Assembly: GCF_009914755.1 (NCBI RefSeq)
Contig: NC_060931.1
Length of the DNA: 64,000 nucleotides
Direction: 5' to 3' (one strand)
Source: the human T2T-CHM13v2.0 reference genome, Homo sapiens
Shown here: positions 1 through 19,943 of the stretch, in pieces
Layout of the letters: the number at the start of each line of letters is the position of its first letter
Position numbering within the stretch: the first letter of the stretch is position 1
Position numbers and translations under genes: made by a program
Notes under the pieces: generated by a model
Seen by the model: only the letters and a program-made list of their open reading frames with translations
Told to the model about the DNA's origin: nothing
Databases searched by the model: none

Positions 1-23
1 GGGCGACAGAGTGACAGGTCTTG

Positions 24-653
24 GGCTGGGCCTGGTGGCTCACACCTGTAATCCCAGCACTTTGGGAGGCCGAGGCAGGCGGATCACATCTTGGGCCTGG
101 CACGGTGACTCACACCTGTAATCTCAGCACTTTGGGAGGCCAAGGCAGGTGGATCACGAGGTCAGGAGACCGAGACTGTCATGGCTAACACGGTGAAACC
201 CCATCTCTCCTAAAAAATACAAAAAATTAGCCGGGCATGGTGGCGGGTGCCTGTAGTCCCGGCTAACCTGGAGGCTCAGGTAGGAGAATGGCATGAACCC
301 GGGAGGCAGAGCTTGCAGTGAGCCGAGATCATGCCACTGCACTCCAGCCTGGGTGACAGGGTGAGACTCTGTCTCAAATTGATCTGTTGCCCAGGCTGTA
401 GTGCGATGGCACAATCATAGCTCACTGCAGCCTTGAACTCCTGGGATCGAGCCATCCTCCTCCCTCTCCCTCCCAAGAAGCTGGTTCTACAGGTGCACAA
501 CAGAACATCCAGCTATTTTTTTTTTAATTTATTGTAGAGACCAAGTCTTGTTATGTTGCCCAGGCTCCTCTCTAGCTCCTGGCCTCAAGTGATCCTTCCA
601 CCTGAGCCTCCCCAAATCCTGGGATCACAGGTCTAAGCCACCCCACTCAGCCC
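24..653. mobile_element. Alu cluster: duplicated Alu head (24-88), AluY-like (+, ~95-377) joined tail-to-tail to AluJ-like (-, ~383-653)
   Basis: Alu consensus motifs (cctgtaatcccagcactttgggaggc; gagactctgtctc); both poly(A) tails are absent at the 377/383 junction. Confidence 0.9.
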
Positions 654-1009
654 AAAACAAATTCTATAACCAAACCAGAAAAGTTTTTTGTTTAGTTTTT
701 CACCTTAAAACTTTCATTACCCCTACTTCCCACAAAGTATTTGAAGTGCATTTAATACAAGACACAGAATCAATAAAGCTCTTAAGTGAAGTCTGAGATT
801 TAAAGGGGGATAGCTCTGTGGGGAAGATAACTTCTAGGCTTGGCTTTGAATAAAAAGCTCAACTCTTCAATAATCTGGTGTGACTAAGACATTCTCTACC
901 TACTTTTTTTTTTATTGTTAAGAGTTCGAGGCCAGGTGCGGTGGCTCATGCCTGTAATGCCAGCACTTTGGGAGGCCCAGGCAGGAGGATCACTTGATGT
1001 CTGGATGTC

Positions 1010-1459
1010 TGGATGATTCAAGCACATTACATTATTGTGCACTTTATTTCTCTTATTCTATTATTATATTTTATTTCTATTATTACATTGTAATATATAC
1101 TGAAATAATTATACAACTTATCATAATGTAGAATCAATGGGACCCCTAAGCTTGTTTTCCTGCAACTAGATGGTCTCATCTGGGGTTAATGGGAGACAGT
1201 GACAGATCATCAGTCATTAGACTCTCATAAGGAGTAGGCAACCTAGATCCCTCACATGCACAGTTCACAATAGGGTTCACATTCCTGTGAGAATTTAATG
1301 CCACAGCTGGTGTAACAGGAGGTGGAGCTCAGGCAGGAGTGTGAGTGATGGGGAGCATGCGTAAATTCAGATGAAGCTTCGCTTGCTTGCCCTCCACTCA
1401 CTTCCTGCTGCTCAGTCCAGTTCCTAACAGGCCATAGCCTGGGGGTTGAGGACCCCTGC
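1010..1459 (-). mobile_element. MER1A-like hAT-Charlie DNA transposon, truncated and joined to an Alu head stub (929-998)
   Basis: Recognisable MER1 body (gattcaagcacattac...ctagatccctcacatgcacagttcacaatagggtt) ending in terminal ggggttgaggacccctg. Confidence 0.8.
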
Positions 1460-1461
1460 CC

Positions 1462-2245
1462 TAGGGGATCGTCTATTTCCTTGCCCTTTTCAGCTTCTAG
1501 AGGCTGCTCACATCACATTTCTCTCTTCATAACCCCCTTCTCTGTTTTCAAATCCAGGAACATTGCATCTCTCTCACCATTCTCACATAATCACAGCTCC
1601 CTCTCTGACTCTTTTTTTTTTTCAGATGGGGTCTTGCTCTGTTGCCCAAGCTGGAGTGCAGTGATACCCAAATCCTAATCCCCAGAACGTGTGGATATGT
1701 TATCTTACATGGACAAAATGATTTTGCAGATGTGATCAGGGTTAAGGACTTTGAGATGAGGGTATCATCTCAGATTATCCAGGTTGGATATTATCCATCG
1801 CTCACTGCAGCCTCAACCCCCTGTGCTCAAGTGATCCTCCCTTTTCAGCCTTCCACGTAGCTAGGAACTACAGGCATGCACCATGATGCCTGGCTAATTT
1901 TTACATTTTTCTTTTGTAGAGACAGTCTTGCTATGTTGCCCAGGCTGCTTTCAATCTCTTAGGCTAAAGCGATCCTCCTGCCTCAGCTTCCCAAAGTTCT
2001 GGGATTACAAACATGAGCCACTGTGCCCAGCCACTCTCCGACTCTGACCTCATCTGGAAAAGTTTCTTTTAAGGACTCATGTGATTAGGTTGAGCTCATC
2101 TGCATAATCTGAGATGATACTCTCATCTCAAAGTCCTTAACCTTAATCATATCTGCAAAATCCTTTTGTCCATGTAAGATAACATATTCACACGTTCTGG
2201 GGATTAGGATTTGGGTCTCTTTAGGAGACCATTATTCTGCCCACC
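1462..2245. mobile_element. MLT1 (MaLR LTR) fragment interrupted by an AluJ-like element (-, ~1612-2032)
   Basis: MLT1 motifs (cagcttctagaggctgc, ccttaaccttaatcatatctgcaaaatcc, ggggattaggatttggg, gaccattattctgcc) flank an Alu. Confidence 0.75.
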
Positions 2246-2676
2246 AAAGAGATGAACAGAAATATTTTGGGGTGAAATGATGCCAAAGGAGAAAGCAGGG
2301 TAGAAAAGAAGGGAATTTGCCACTGATGTTGGTTTCCATGTGACCTCATGTCTAATTCAAACATTGATGAAATCTGCCAGCATTTGAGCTGTACTTAGAA
2401 TAGAGTCATTTGCAGAAGATCAAAAAAGATCCTGGAAAAAGAATAAGATAATCAAAGGGGTTGAGGGAAGCAGTTCCAGACTCTCAGATTAACTGCAGAG
2501 TGGGGAGGGTAGAGGTGGAGAGGTGGCGTAGGAGGGTTATGGGGGGCAGTGTGAGGGTGGGAGGAGTTGCAGGCTCCCAGATGTACTGTGAAACATGAAA
2601 ATAAATGAGGTGAAGAGAAGAAAAAGGCTGAAAAGTATACATGTCCTTGTCTTTCATAAAAGAAAGCTAAGATAGA

Positions 2677-5607
<2,931 letters not shown>

Positions 5608-6476
5608 CTAGCAAGTTTCAAAACATGAGAGAAAAAAAGGAGGTGTAACAATAGAAAATAATAATGCACTTTTAATGCATTATTATAAATGCAATTATAA
5701 GGTATACATAATTATATTCTATTAATAATGAAGCATCTTAATGAGATGTATTATTTTTACATAACATAAATTGACAATGGCAAATTGATATAAGATCAAA
5801 TAAGAATTTGAAATTATACTAAGGAATGAAACAAATGAGAAATATTTAATGTGGGTGTTTTCTGCTCCCTGTCTTTACAAAAAGACAGAAAGCTATAAGA
5901 TTTATCCTATAAGGTAGATGTTCCTGTTCCCAATACCTGACCAAGATAACCAAAAGTATATTAGAATAATCTCACTTGTGAATACAAAACTATGTGATTA
6001 ATAACAATGTCAGTAAGTACAATTTAATGATATCTTAAAATAATAATATAAAAGCACAAAGTGTTTATCCCAAGTATAGAAGTGATCGATATTAAGAAAA
6101 ACATTAATATATTACTATAGCTTATATTACTTCTCTAAAAAATGAATCTATAAATCAATAAATGAGTAGATATTAAAGGGTGTTTTATCAAGTCAATCCA
6201 TTATTATTTTAAAGTCTTATAAAGACATATAAGAATTAGAGACTACTTCCTTAATATTATCAAGAGTATATTCTAAGCTATTAATAATAATTGACATTAT
6301 GCTCCAAGGAGAAATAAGCCCTCTAAGGATTTCTCTTCAAGCAAAGCACTTAACAAAAGTCCCTTGTCTGCCTTTTCAGTTAATTCACTTTTGAAAGTTA
6401 TGAGAACCGGCTTTGTGTATCTTGGCTGTCAAGGAGGTTAGAGACTCAACTTTCATCTGAAAGAACTCTAAGTATC

Positions 6477-7178
<702 letters not shown>

Positions 7179-7404
7179 GTAACCTCAAGACACTAGTTCT
7201 CTTCCTGCTTCCAGGTGGGGCACCGCTTGCTTTCTCACCAGGTGCTGCTTTGGAAACACAGCACAATGAAAAACAGAAAGCTCGCTTTTACTTCTTAGGG
7301 GTTATCTGGTCTGAACCCCCCATTTTGCATGTGAGAACACTGAACTTCGGAAAGGAAAAGTGAGCTATGTAAGAGCAAACACTTACTGGCAGAGCTAGGG
7401 ATGA

Positions 7405-8226
<822 letters not shown>

Positions 8227-9119
8227 TGTACCTCTTTTAAATATTTGTTCACTATTTATTCAATGAGTCAGGATCAGCATATCACCTACCATGTTAAGGG
8301 CAAACCAGCAAAGCAGAAGTCCAGAACAGACACCACATTTCTGATGTATGACATGTTGACATGGCCTAGGACCCTGTCTCTTAATCTGGTTCGGAGACAG
8401 AGTTTTGGATTGGAACTCAAATTTGCTGGTTCCATAGCCTGTGTACTGGGCTATGGCACTCAGACCTGATTCCTGGACAAATGTACTTTCCTTGCGAACC
8501 CCTTTCTGAAAACCGAAACTGAAGGTGGCATTATTTTCCCCTCCCAGGTCCTTCCAGGGGTATTTCTTGTCCACCTACGTTGCACAGAGTAATAAGCATG
8601 AGACCAGGCAGGCAGGGTCTAGCCTCACCTAGAGGATAAGACCGGGTTGAAACATGCAACTGCATTTTCAGGCTGTGGTTTAACGTTTGTCTCTGGAAAT
8701 TCCAGCCAGGTGGGGCTAGTCTTGACTTCTCTGGCTTCTTTAGGAAGCTTTCTCTTCTGGCTCCTGATGTTTGGCTTTCTGTGGGAAGGTGCCTGTAAAC
8801 TTTCTCCCCATGGACTCTGACCTTGCTGCTTGTAGTCTGATCTTTGCTTTGGTTTCTTTCTTGCAGGAGAAGGCTTCCACTGCACAACTGGAAGAAATCA
8901 TTGCTTTCGGAATTTTCTATCCTGCAGCCCTTAGCTACCCTTTGCTGGAATGCTGCCACCATGACTGCTAGAGACACTTCGTGGAAGACCACAGGATGTG
9001 CCATCTTTTCTCATGTGGGCCACGCACAAGCTTCTGTTCATTCCACCTATGGTTTGAAGGTCAACCCTGTGCAGTACCTGTTTAATCTCTAGAAGAGATG
9101 CTGATAAAACTTGGAAATG

Positions 9120-9455
<336 letters not shown>

Positions 9456-9462
9456 TTATGAT

Positions 9463-10284
9463 TGAAACCACCTTTGCAAAAAGTATGACAGTGAGAGAAA
9501 CATGACATAGAAAAATTATGACAGGGAAAGAAATCTGACCTGATTCCATTTTGCTTCTAACCTCCAAGCTGCCTTTGTTCATTCTTGGCATAGACCAACC
9601 TAACCATGGGAGAAATTTAATTTACAGTTTGACTTTGAATCAAGGATAATAGGACTCCCTTTCTAAAACTGAACCCCTCCTTGTCTCAGTACTGAAACTA
9701 TCTTTGTAAGATCCGTGAAAAACCACGAGATTGGGATTATAGGAGGGGTCTGAAATCTGCTCAGATGTAGGCTTAGTTAAATAATAACCACCCATTGTTC
9801 CATAGCTTGCTTTCTTATAATCCCTAATCACTCAGGATTCATGAATCCAGACTTCACAAGATTTGTGACTTCCCCAATTTCTCATATAGATAACATCTCT
9901 ATTGTAGAACCTAAAAGGGGCCTTTTGAGATGTTTTTCAGACTATTGCATTCTTACAACTAACTCCATTTGGACCCATGACTCATGACTCAACCCAGTCC
10001 TGTGGTCCCCACCCAAAGGCTGACTCGGCTCACGGGAACTGTTTTCCACACCCCTATGATTTTATCTTCAACCAATAAGCAATACCCATTGCTTAGCCCC
10101 TCCCGGCCAAATTAGCCATGAAAACCCTAGCTTCCAAGCTTTCAGGGAGACTGATGTGAGTAATAAACTCCTATATCCTGTTTAGCTGGCTCTGTGTTTA
10201 TTAAACTCTTTATTACAATACTTCTGTCTCAGTAAATTGGCTGTATCTGTGCAGTGGGGGATAAGAGGCCATCAGGCAATGACA
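9463..10284 (+). mobile_element. ERV1 solo LTR (LTR8/LTR8A-like)
   Basis: TG...CA termini (tgaaaccacctttgcaaa ... ggcaatgaca), 4-bp TSD TGAT at 9459-9462 and 10285-10288, internal aataaa. Confidence 0.8.
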
Positions 10285-10704
10285 TGATTACTCCTTAATA
10301 CTTAATTAACAGCAATACTCATAAAGCACTATTTCTAAATATTTATTCAACACGATCCCCAGAGGCCCAGTGGCATGAACCATAACACTCAAGTTCTTCA
10401 AACTGATACCTTAAACTTTCTGGGCTTTATTCACTTCCCAGATATGATGGAAATCAAGTTTCACAACTTCCCCTTAGGAAGTTGAAATTATTTCTGATTC
10501 ATGCCATAACTGCATCCAGTTCTCTCTCCTGAAGTATATTTTGCTCAATCCAAATGGGGCTTGTTGTGTTTTATCCTCATTCACACCATGTATTTCTACA
10601 CTGTCACCCTTTGTCCAAGCCATTCTTTTTGCCTGACATGCCCTTCTCATGGATGGATCTCTGCCTTCCCACAGTCCACTTATGCTTCAAAATGCCTCTA
10701 AAAA

Positions 10705-11190
10705 TAAAGATATCAAAAAGACACCTGCACTTGTATGTTTATCGCAGCATTATTCACAAAAGCAAAGATGTGGAATCCACCTAAGTGCCCATCAAGGGAA
10801 GATTGGATTTTAAAAATGTGCTATATAGACACCATGAAATACTACTCAGCCATTAAAAAGAATGAAATAAAATAATGTCTTTTGTAGCAATGTGAATGGA
10901 ACTGGAGGCCATAATCCTAGGTGAAATAACTCAGGAACAGAAAGCCAAATACCACACGGTCTCACTTGTAAGTGGGAGCTAATCAGTGCATACACATGGT
11001 CATACAGAGGGAATAATAGACATTGGAGACTATGAAAGGTGGGAGGCTGGGAGGGGGTGAGGACTGAAAAAGTACCTATTGGGTATAATGTTCACTATTT
11101 GGGCGATGGGTACATGAAAAGCCCAGACTTCACCACTCCACAATATATTCCCTAAGAAACCTGCACTTGCACCCCCTAAATACATAGAAC
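10705..11190 (+). mobile_element. L1MA-type 3' end fragment
   Basis: gacacctgcacttgtatgtttatcgcagca...aagcccagacttcaccact...aacctgcacttgcacccc. Confidence 0.8.
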
Positions 11191-11380
11191 TACAAACAGA
11201 ATTTAACCCAAAACCAACAGAAAAGCACAAAATGCTTCCAAATGCCAAATGTTTTATGCTGTGCTATGGAGCTGCGTGGTGTGGGGAACACATTCAAAAT
11301 TCAGAGTTTTCATGTCTCCCTCAGCGGGTACTTTCTGCTGGGCTCCTTCTTGTCTCTGACAACCCAGGATGCATGGAGAG

Positions 11381-11382
<2 letters not shown>

Positions 11383-11414
<32 letters not shown>

Positions 11415-11935
11415 TATAAATACATATACACATATTTGTTACTACATATATACATATTTATAACTACACATACACATATATATGTATTTTTCACATCTGT
11501 CTATATCTGTCTATCCATCTCTGTATCCATCTACTTCTATTTATCCCTATCCATCTATCTATCCATTTCTCTCCATCTATACATATGTATTTATCTATCA
11601 TGTATCCATCTATTGATCTATATCTATGTATCTCTCCCTATCCATCTATCCATATATCTATCCATTTTTCTCTCTCCATCTATATGTATCTATATTTATC
11701 TATCATCTATGTATCCATCTATTCCTCTATCTATCATCTATCTATCCATCTATCTATTCCTATTCATCTGTTTCTCTCTCCACCTATATCTATCTATCTA
11801 TATATCTATCTATCTTCTACTTATCTCTCTATGCCTATCCATCTGTTTCTCTCTCTCCATCTATACATATCTATCTATCTATCTATCTAGCATCTATCTA
11901 TCTATTTCTATCATCTATCTATCTATCTATCTCAT
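11383..11935. repeat. Compound microsatellite: (CA)n, (TA)-rich, degenerate (TATC)n
   Basis: Directly visible simple repeats. Confidence 0.95.
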
Positions 11936-12634
11936 TTATTCTGCATGGCATGGCTTTGTGTCTTTTATCTTTAATTGATTCCAACAACACTCTGGGGAAT
12001 GAATGAACACACGTTAAATAAATAAGAGAATGGTCCAGGACGCTACTGTCTGATTTTCTTCCAGGCCTATTGGCTGGTTGGGTCCATGCGTGTAATGTCA
12101 GGGTTGGATATCTTGGCTGCTACGACATATTCCATTTGAGGAATAATTTAGAAGTATGGGCGCAAGATAAAAATGTCAGTCTGGCTCCTGGTTAATGGGT
12201 GTCTCTAATTAAGCCACGATATACAGTGCTCACAGCCAAATACAGTGTGGCTCCGGCGATAACTCACCAAATAGTGTGTTGTCTTCATTATCTCATTCCC
12301 TGACATGTCCCTGATGAGTTTATAAATCCCTGTGGAATCATGGCCTTGATATCTTTAATGAGGCCTTTAAAAACTGGGGCAAAATTATAGCAACAGATAA
12401 GGTTGGCTCCGCTGTAGACCTACTTCATAAAGGTTTCTCCTCCCCCTAGTGAAATAAACACCATTTGCTAGACCCAAGAGTTTAATTCCATGTGAATTGG
12501 TCAGGGCATATGATTGAGTTAATTCTTCAAGCAGCAAAAGAATATTAAAAGCAGTTTCTGTCTTCCCTGACCTAGTGGGTAACTAGGTAACTAGAAATGG
12601 AAATATTCCTTTGCTCTAGTAAAGAGAAGGGTAG

Positions 12635-14341
<1,707 letters not shown>

Positions 14342-14835
14342 TTAAAAAAAAAAATAAATATTTGTTCCCATTTCAGATTGTTTTCTTGCACTGGGATCAA
14401 GCTGAAAGTATTAACAATCAAAATACTTGAATTTTGTTGATGAGTTAATGCTAATTATTTCTCAATCTCTACCACTTTTGGGCATGAGCCACCATGCCCG
14501 GCCAAAACTCCATTTTAAAAGCCCAATTTTTCACTTCCATTTGCTTCAGTGTTTTTCATCTGTTAAATGGAGTTAATAACAATAACACCTGCTACATCTA
14601 CCTCTGGTGATTGTTTTTAGATATGTGATGAAGGGCTGGATGCAGTGGCTCACAACAGGAATTCCAACAATTTGGGAGGCTGAGGTGGGAGGATCACTTG
14701 AGCCCAGGAGTAAGACCATCCTGGGCAACACACACCTCATCTCTACTAAAAATTAAAAAAAAAAATTAGCCCTTCATGGTAGCACACACTGGTAGTCCCA
14801 GCTAGTAGGGAGGTTGAGGCAGGAGGATCACTTGT

Positions 14836-15510
14836 GTGTTCGCTTTCCTAGCTAGTTGCTGTGGAAGGAGAATGCTTTCTTCTTGGCCTCATCTGTCATT
14901 TCGTGTCCCTCTGAAGAAAACTAGTTTCCACTGTGTAACAGGCAGGCATGTAACTATCTAAAGCACAGTTCAGTCCTAAAAGGTCTGGGAGAACCGAATG
15001 ATGTACTAGGTGAAGCAGTGCATTGTGGGAATCACAAAGCAAACAGTACTCCAGAAAGAGAAATATCAGAAGCTTCCCCTTCCATTTCTTTTTTCTTTTT
15101 CTTTTTTTTTTTTGAGACAGGGTCTTGCTCTGTTGCCCAGGCTAGAGTGCAGTGGAGATCACAGCTCACTGCAGCCTTGAGCTCCTGGGCTCAAGCAATT
15201 CTCCCACCTCAGCCTCCTCAGTAGCTGGGACTACAAGTATGCACCACCATGCTTGGCTAATTTTTTGAATTTCTGTAGTGATAGGATCTCACTATGTTGC
15301 CCAGGCTGGTCTCGAACTCCTGGCCTCAAGCGATCGTCCCACCTCGACCTCCCAAAGTGCTGAGATTACAGGTGTGAGCCACCTCACCTGGGCCCCCTTC
15401 TCCATATGCCTCCAGAAACATGTCCCTGGAGAGTAGCCTGCTCCCACACTGTCACTGGATGTCATGGGGTCAATAAAATCTCCTGCGATTGTGTATCTCA
15501 GACATTTCTG
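14836..15510 (+). pseudogene. SUMF2: Duplicated SUMF2-like distal 3' UTR with embedded antisense AluJ (~15085-15394) and AATAAA at 15472-15477
   Basis: Resembles the SUMF2 3' UTR as recalled (ggagaatgctttct...aaactagtttccactgtgtaacaggcag...aaatatcagaagcttcc); lies tail-to-tail with PHKG1 exons as at the parental locus. Confidence 0.65.
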
Positions 15511-15877
15511 TGTCTTTCATCCTCACCCTGGGACCCTAAGGGAAGAGGGCCCTAGTGTCAGTAACTCTGGGCCTCCCCTAAAAAGAAACGGAGATGGCGG
15601 CTCATCTAGGAAGTGGAGGAGCAGGGGGTTCCTGGTTCTCAGGCCACGTGTGATCTCTGCCAACCCAGGGCCTGCCCCAGCCTGTAGGTATTGCTGTGTG
15701 GTAGGAAAACCCGCTTCCCTTGTGCACAGAAGCGATCGTGGCCTCAGCTCCAGGGGTTCCTGGCCAGGGCCAAGCGCTCCTTCTGCAGAGGCCTGCATGC
15801 ATCTTACCCCTTTGACTTGTATTTCCATGGCTTCCCCTCCCCACCTGGCCCCCAGCCCTCCCTGACTGGCCAGCCCC

Positions 15878-16127
15878 TCAGTAGTCCTCCTCGGCCAGGG
15901 AGAGGAGCACGGCCTTGGGTGTGTTCTTGAAAAGGGCTGCCCAGTTCTGCTGCTGCCCCTTCCTCGCCCAGGGGCCATAGATTCGGAAAGCGTAGGCGTC
16001 GATGAGCCGGCGCAGAGGCTGGAGGGTGTAGGGGTGGGTCTCGGATGACCATCTCCCGGGTCACTGGGTTCACCCGGTGGTACTGGCAGTAGATCAGCAC
16101 TGAAGCCAGCACAGTCAGAGCGATCAC
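15878..16127 (-). pseudogene. PHKG1: PHKG1 unprocessed pseudogene, terminal coding exon with +4 frameshift
   Basis: cag|GTGATC acceptor; [31 protein letters not shown], then after the 4-bp duplication at 16032-16039 [50 protein letters not shown], matching the phosphorylase kinase gamma-1 C-terminus. Confidence 0.95.
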
Positions 16128-16469
16128 CTGCAGGGCCAGGCAGAGAAGCTGGGCTGCAGCCCACGCCCTGCCAGGCCCTGCCCCTCCAGCACAGGACTCT
16201 CTGGGCTCGTTTGCCACGAAGCCTTCGATGGCTTCTGCGGGGCCCTCCTAGTGTCCCCCACTTCCCACTTGGCCAGCATCCTCAGGGACGGAGCCAGTGG
16301 GCTGACACCTGCCATCTCTGAAGCCATCACAGGGCGGCTGGGAGGGGAGGGGTGGGTACTCTGGAAACCCGCGGGGTATAAGGACCCCTGGGAGAGGAGA
16401 CGGCTTAGAGGTTTGCACTTGGGGAGCTGGCGGCAACTGCCGTAGGGTCTGGGTCAGGAGGCTTTGTAC

Positions 16470-16595
16470 CTTGAACTTCCCCCGGGGGCTGAAGTGCCGC
16501 ACTTCCTCCACCACGTACTGCAGGAAGAAGGGGTGTGCCAAGGCCTCTTCCGTTGTGCAGCAGCTCTGGGGTTGCACCAACAGGAATCGGGAGAC
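16470..16595 (-). pseudogene. PHKG1: PHKG1 unprocessed pseudogene, penultimate exon (126 bp, phase 0-0)
   Basis: cccag|GTCTCC ... TTCAAG|gtac; [42 protein letters not shown] matches the end of the PHKG1 kinase domain. Confidence 0.95.
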
Positions 16596-16799
16596 CTGGG
16601 AGGGGAGGAGAGGGTACCCGAGAAAGTTAAGGCAGGTCCCCTCCAGCATGTCAGGAGAGGCGGGGCCTCCCTGGGCAAGGGAGCCTGGGCAAGGGAGCAC
16701 TCCATGATCTCAGGGCCAGGTAACTGGGGGTTCTGCAGACCTCTGCAGGAACAGTCATCATCAGGACATGTCAGCAGGGCGCTCAGAAGAGGAAGTCCA

Positions 16800-17116
<317 letters not shown>

Positions 17117-17702
17117 TCAGCTGAAATACATTTTCAAGTGTAATTTTTTTTTTTTTGTTAAAAGTTGATGAGATCCTTCTTAATAATATATGCCTCATAT
17201 TAATGGCAGGTGTTTTTAATATAGTTGCTTCTGATCTCCTGAGCACACCCAGTGTCGGTGACTGCCCTGAAACAGCATACCAAATGTGTGTTTGTGTTTG
17301 CCAGTATTCTTCTGGTGAAAGGGTCCAAAGCTTTTGCTAGATTTTCAAGGAGTCTATAATTCCCACTGTCCCCTAACACCCCAAAAATCTTTTTTAAGCT
17401 CTAGAAAAGAAATAATCTAAAAATGATTTTTAATTGCTAACCTTTAGTAACTGAATATGTGTATTTAAGCAACTTAATATTATTCAACAATATAACTGTG
17501 ATTGTAAATGCATTAAATTAGAAATCAGAGAGAATTAAATATCTATTCCTACTTACATAACTTATCTATAAAATGTTTATTTTACTTTATCCTTGGGAAG
17601 GAGCAGGTAATTTTGCCACCTAAATTATTATTTAAATAACTCTAGGGGAAAAATAAGAGACTGCAGAGAAAACATGCAATGATGTTTCAAAATCTTCTTT
17701 TA

Positions 17703-18026
<324 letters not shown>

Positions 18027-19943
18027 TTAAAAATCCCTGTATAGTAAAACTGCTATGTCTTTAGAAAAACAATCCCCCGCCTTACATGCTTTCAACTGTA
18101 TCATATCTAAAGGAACAAAAATTAGTGGTTTAGCACATTTAAAGTAAAGCATGCTAAAAGCTTCAATTAAAGGCAAACGCATAGCTTTCACAATTAAATT
18201 ACTAAGGTATGTGCCCTAAATAAAAAAAATTACAGTAAAATTTGCTAAAGCTAATTTATTTCCCAAATTACTTTCATAATCATTACACTAAATCACTATG
18301 AAAATAAATATGTTGTGCGATTGTCTTCTGAAAGTCTGTTCAAAGTTCTAAATCTGCTAAATGTGTGTACTTTCTAAAAGAAATCTGCAATATCTAACAG
18401 CTAAGATACTGTAAGATTTTAGCCTTGTAAAAATAATCTGACCAAATATACTCAAATACTGTGAAAAAATGTTCATTCATGCATATTTAAAATGAATTTT
18501 TTGAAGTCTCTCACCAGTAAAAATTATCTTTCAAATTTTTAATTTTTAAACTAACACCTCACTTCTAGTCATCTTGATTAATTTTTTAAAAATCAAAACA
18601 AACAATTGTGCTTACAATATAGAAAATGTAGGGAGATCACTTTTTGTCTTCACATTTACTATTTTGTTCCAAGTAAAACCTTTTATTAAATGGCTGGAAA
18701 AACCATTTAAGTTATATCATTGCCTGCCTGCTTTTTAATAGGAAACTCTTACCCACACACATATAGTAGTAAAGCTCACAAACCTACCAGCGAAATTAAA
18801 AATCCAGACAAAGTAATGGAAAAAGCCTAGTAAAACAAGAAAAAGAAAATGGTTACAACATAACCTGAATATGAAACTAAATCCCCAAAGATTTAGCTCC
18901 TTCTAGGGTTGTCTTTATCAGGTTAAAATTCTTGCAAGCCACACCCCTTCATGTGACCAATAAAATTAGAGCCACCACAGAAGGATGACCTAGTCAAGTT
19001 CTACTTTGCTGCATTACACCCGACCCACATTTGGAGTGTAATAAAAGACAATCATGTTTCATTTAAATTATGTGTGGTGGTCTTTCCTAAAGAACACAGT
19101 AAGCAAGTAGATTTACATACTTTTGCTCCAGTGGTTAGTAGGTCACAAAATGAAAACTCTTGTCATGTATCAAGAATTCTGAGGATCTACCTTTGAAACT
19201 TGTATTTTTAGTCATTCACTTATAAAGTTTTCCCAAGATGACTGATGGAGAAGGCTATAAAGAAGAGAAAAATAAGTTAACATAAAGGAAAGAGAGACTA
19301 GGGTTTGCCCCCAACTTGGAGCAAGGTATCTATTGTCACAATTGGTACCAATGATAGACATTAGTTCTGAAAAAGAGTCACCAATCAAATGTGACTTTAA
19401 GTAAAGGGTACAAGGAAGATCAAGGAAAAAGGAGGCAGATAAAACTTCAAGAAGGATGTTTAGCAAAAAGAAAAAAAAAGAGACGGCCCTTCTCTTATTG
19501 GGGATCACTTCCTTTAAGAGATCAGCAATCTGGGTATGACCAACTCTTCTGCCCTTTCCTTTACAAACCCTTGCTGAATTTTCTTTGATTTCAGAGGTTA
19601 CCATTTCTGTGGCTTCCAACCATCCACTAACCTCCATACAGGGATGCAAGATACATTCTCTAAGGATATAAGAAGCACTTAGATGGCTCCATACTTTCTT
19701 TGTCAGAAACAGGTAATTACTGGATAGCTGCTAAGAATAGCATCCACTTCTCTAGATCTAACCTTGAGATGAATTATAGCTGACTGGACAAGTTCATCTA
19801 GTCTTCAGATTTAAACCACACAATCTAATTCTTCAGATTTAAACCACACAATCTAATTCTTGTTTTAAGTCCCTCTAAAATAGAATTGTTCTAGGGCTCT
19901 TGACATAACAGAAAGGCACATTTTCAGACATCTACACTTACAT

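Noticed and set aside
11232-12006. 248-aa, 126-aa and 101-aa ORFs rich in I/Y/L/S
   Set aside because: They are translations of the (CA)n/(TATC)n microsatellite, which lacks stop codons in these frames.
19803-19860. 28-bp direct repeats considered as CRISPR-like
   Set aside because: Two adjacent copies with no spacer in primate intron DNA; a simple tandem duplication. No prokaryotic system is evident anywhere in the window.
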